A DNA stretch of 64,000 nucleotides, taken from contig ML992506.1 in assembly GCA_010093995.1 (NCBI GenBank), positions 492,832-556,831 of the forward strand, in the 5' to 3' direction. The position numbers and the translations under genes are program-made. Shown one piece after another: positions 63,259 through 64,000 of this stretch (the stretch's first letter is position 1; every line of letters starts with the position of its first letter). Under the pieces are notes generated by a model. The model had not been told where the DNA came from, did no database searches, and saw only the letters and a program-made list of their open reading frames with translations. The stretch is from Elsinoe ampelina (lineage: Eukaryota).

Positions 63259-64000
63259 TCACCCTCCACTGCTAGCAATAGTCGGCGCTGCTTCTTGCAC
63301 CGAAGCTCTGCCATTGACTTGTACAGTGACCTCTCCTTCCAGCGTCTCCAAGGTACCTTCGATCTCAATCCCAGTCCCGTCCTCCCCGACTCTAGGCAAC
63401 GCTCTCACCACATAGAACTGCCCAGCATAGGTCGGCTTCCTGTACTGAATCTCCAACTCCTTCAGCTCCCTCCAATCCTCTCCTTCACCATTCCTCGTTC
63501 CACCTTCCCTGAGCTTCGCACTCGGTATCACCTCCGTCCTAAACAACTCCGCTGCCACTCCCAGCTTCTCCCCCATCAACGTCGCTAGCAACCCTCCATG
63601 CACCGTATCTGGCCAACCACACAATCCCTTCCCTAGATACACAACCGCTACCAACTCCGTCTCCCTCCGATTCCAAAACACCCTCTGCACCGCCAATCCT
63701 CTACTCCCACCCAACGCCCCCTCCACCATCCCCCCTCCAAACCTTGCATCCCCCTTCCCCTCTCCTTCATCCCCGAAATCAACCTCCAACCCCAACGCCT
63801 CCGCCTGCTGCCTCAACCCCTCCAACCTCTCCTCCCTCCCACCTTTATTCCCAAGATTCACCCCTTCCTCCCCCACCCCTCCCATCGCAACAATCTCCCT
63901 CTCCCTCTCCTCCACAACCGCAGCATTCGCCCTCTTCTCCGCCTCAAACCTCAACTCCGCACTCCTCACCCTCCCAACCGTCTCCATCCCTGCTCCCCCC
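63259..64000 (-). CDS. Hotdog-fold thioesterase (PaaI/THEM4/Fmp10-like), 5' end beyond the window
   Basis: YLGKGLCGWPDTVHGGLLATLMGE...LEIQYRKPT. Confidence 0.8.
   Translation of the reverse strand, partial: GGAGMETVGRVRSAELRFEAEKRANAAVVEEREREIVAMGGVGEEGVNLGNKGGREERLEGLRQQAEALGLEVDFGDEGEGKGDARFGGGMVEGALGGSRGLAVQRVFWNRRETELVAVVYLGKGLCGWPDTVHGGLLATLMGEKLGVAAELFRTEVIPSAKLREGGTRNGEGEDWRELKELEIQYRKPTYAGQFYVVRALPRVGEDGTGIEIEGTLETLEGEVTVQVNGRASVQEAAPTIASSGG

Overview
Gene-dense eukaryotic DNA from a filamentous ascomycete (Pezizomycotina; Dothideomycete-like by inference) with about 30 mostly intron-containing genes. Housekeeping genes: asparagine synthetase (5' part), MAP2, VDAC/porin, mitochondrial uL3, SCY1-like CEX1, MCT1, NCBP3-like, CREG-like, RPS30, ARG4, VFA1, SEC23, RPL14, EGD2, ATP7, ADE4, GH76 DFG5/DCW1, HEM3 and synaptobrevin. 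Regulators: a Zn2Cys6 factor, an MtfA-like C2H2 factor and a PHD + forkhead-like protein. A complete 2734-bp pogo/Fot1-type DNA transposon (perfect 42-bp TIRs, TA duplication) has an interior destroyed by RIP, and a RID/Masc1-type C5-methyltransferase gene lies about 6 kb away. Signals not explained by the ORF track: (1) recurrent, gene-orientation-independent strand-skew switches (C/A-rich then G/T-rich on the + strand, every ~2-15 kb) affecting synonymous sites, introns and intergenic DNA; (2) a C/D-box snoRNA candidate (snR58-like guide) in a 5'UTR intron of ADE4; (3) a 204-nt in-frame, stop-free, hairpin-containing intron and a GC-AG intron in the VDAC gene. All family assignments come from remembered motifs, not database searches; exon boundaries were read by eye.
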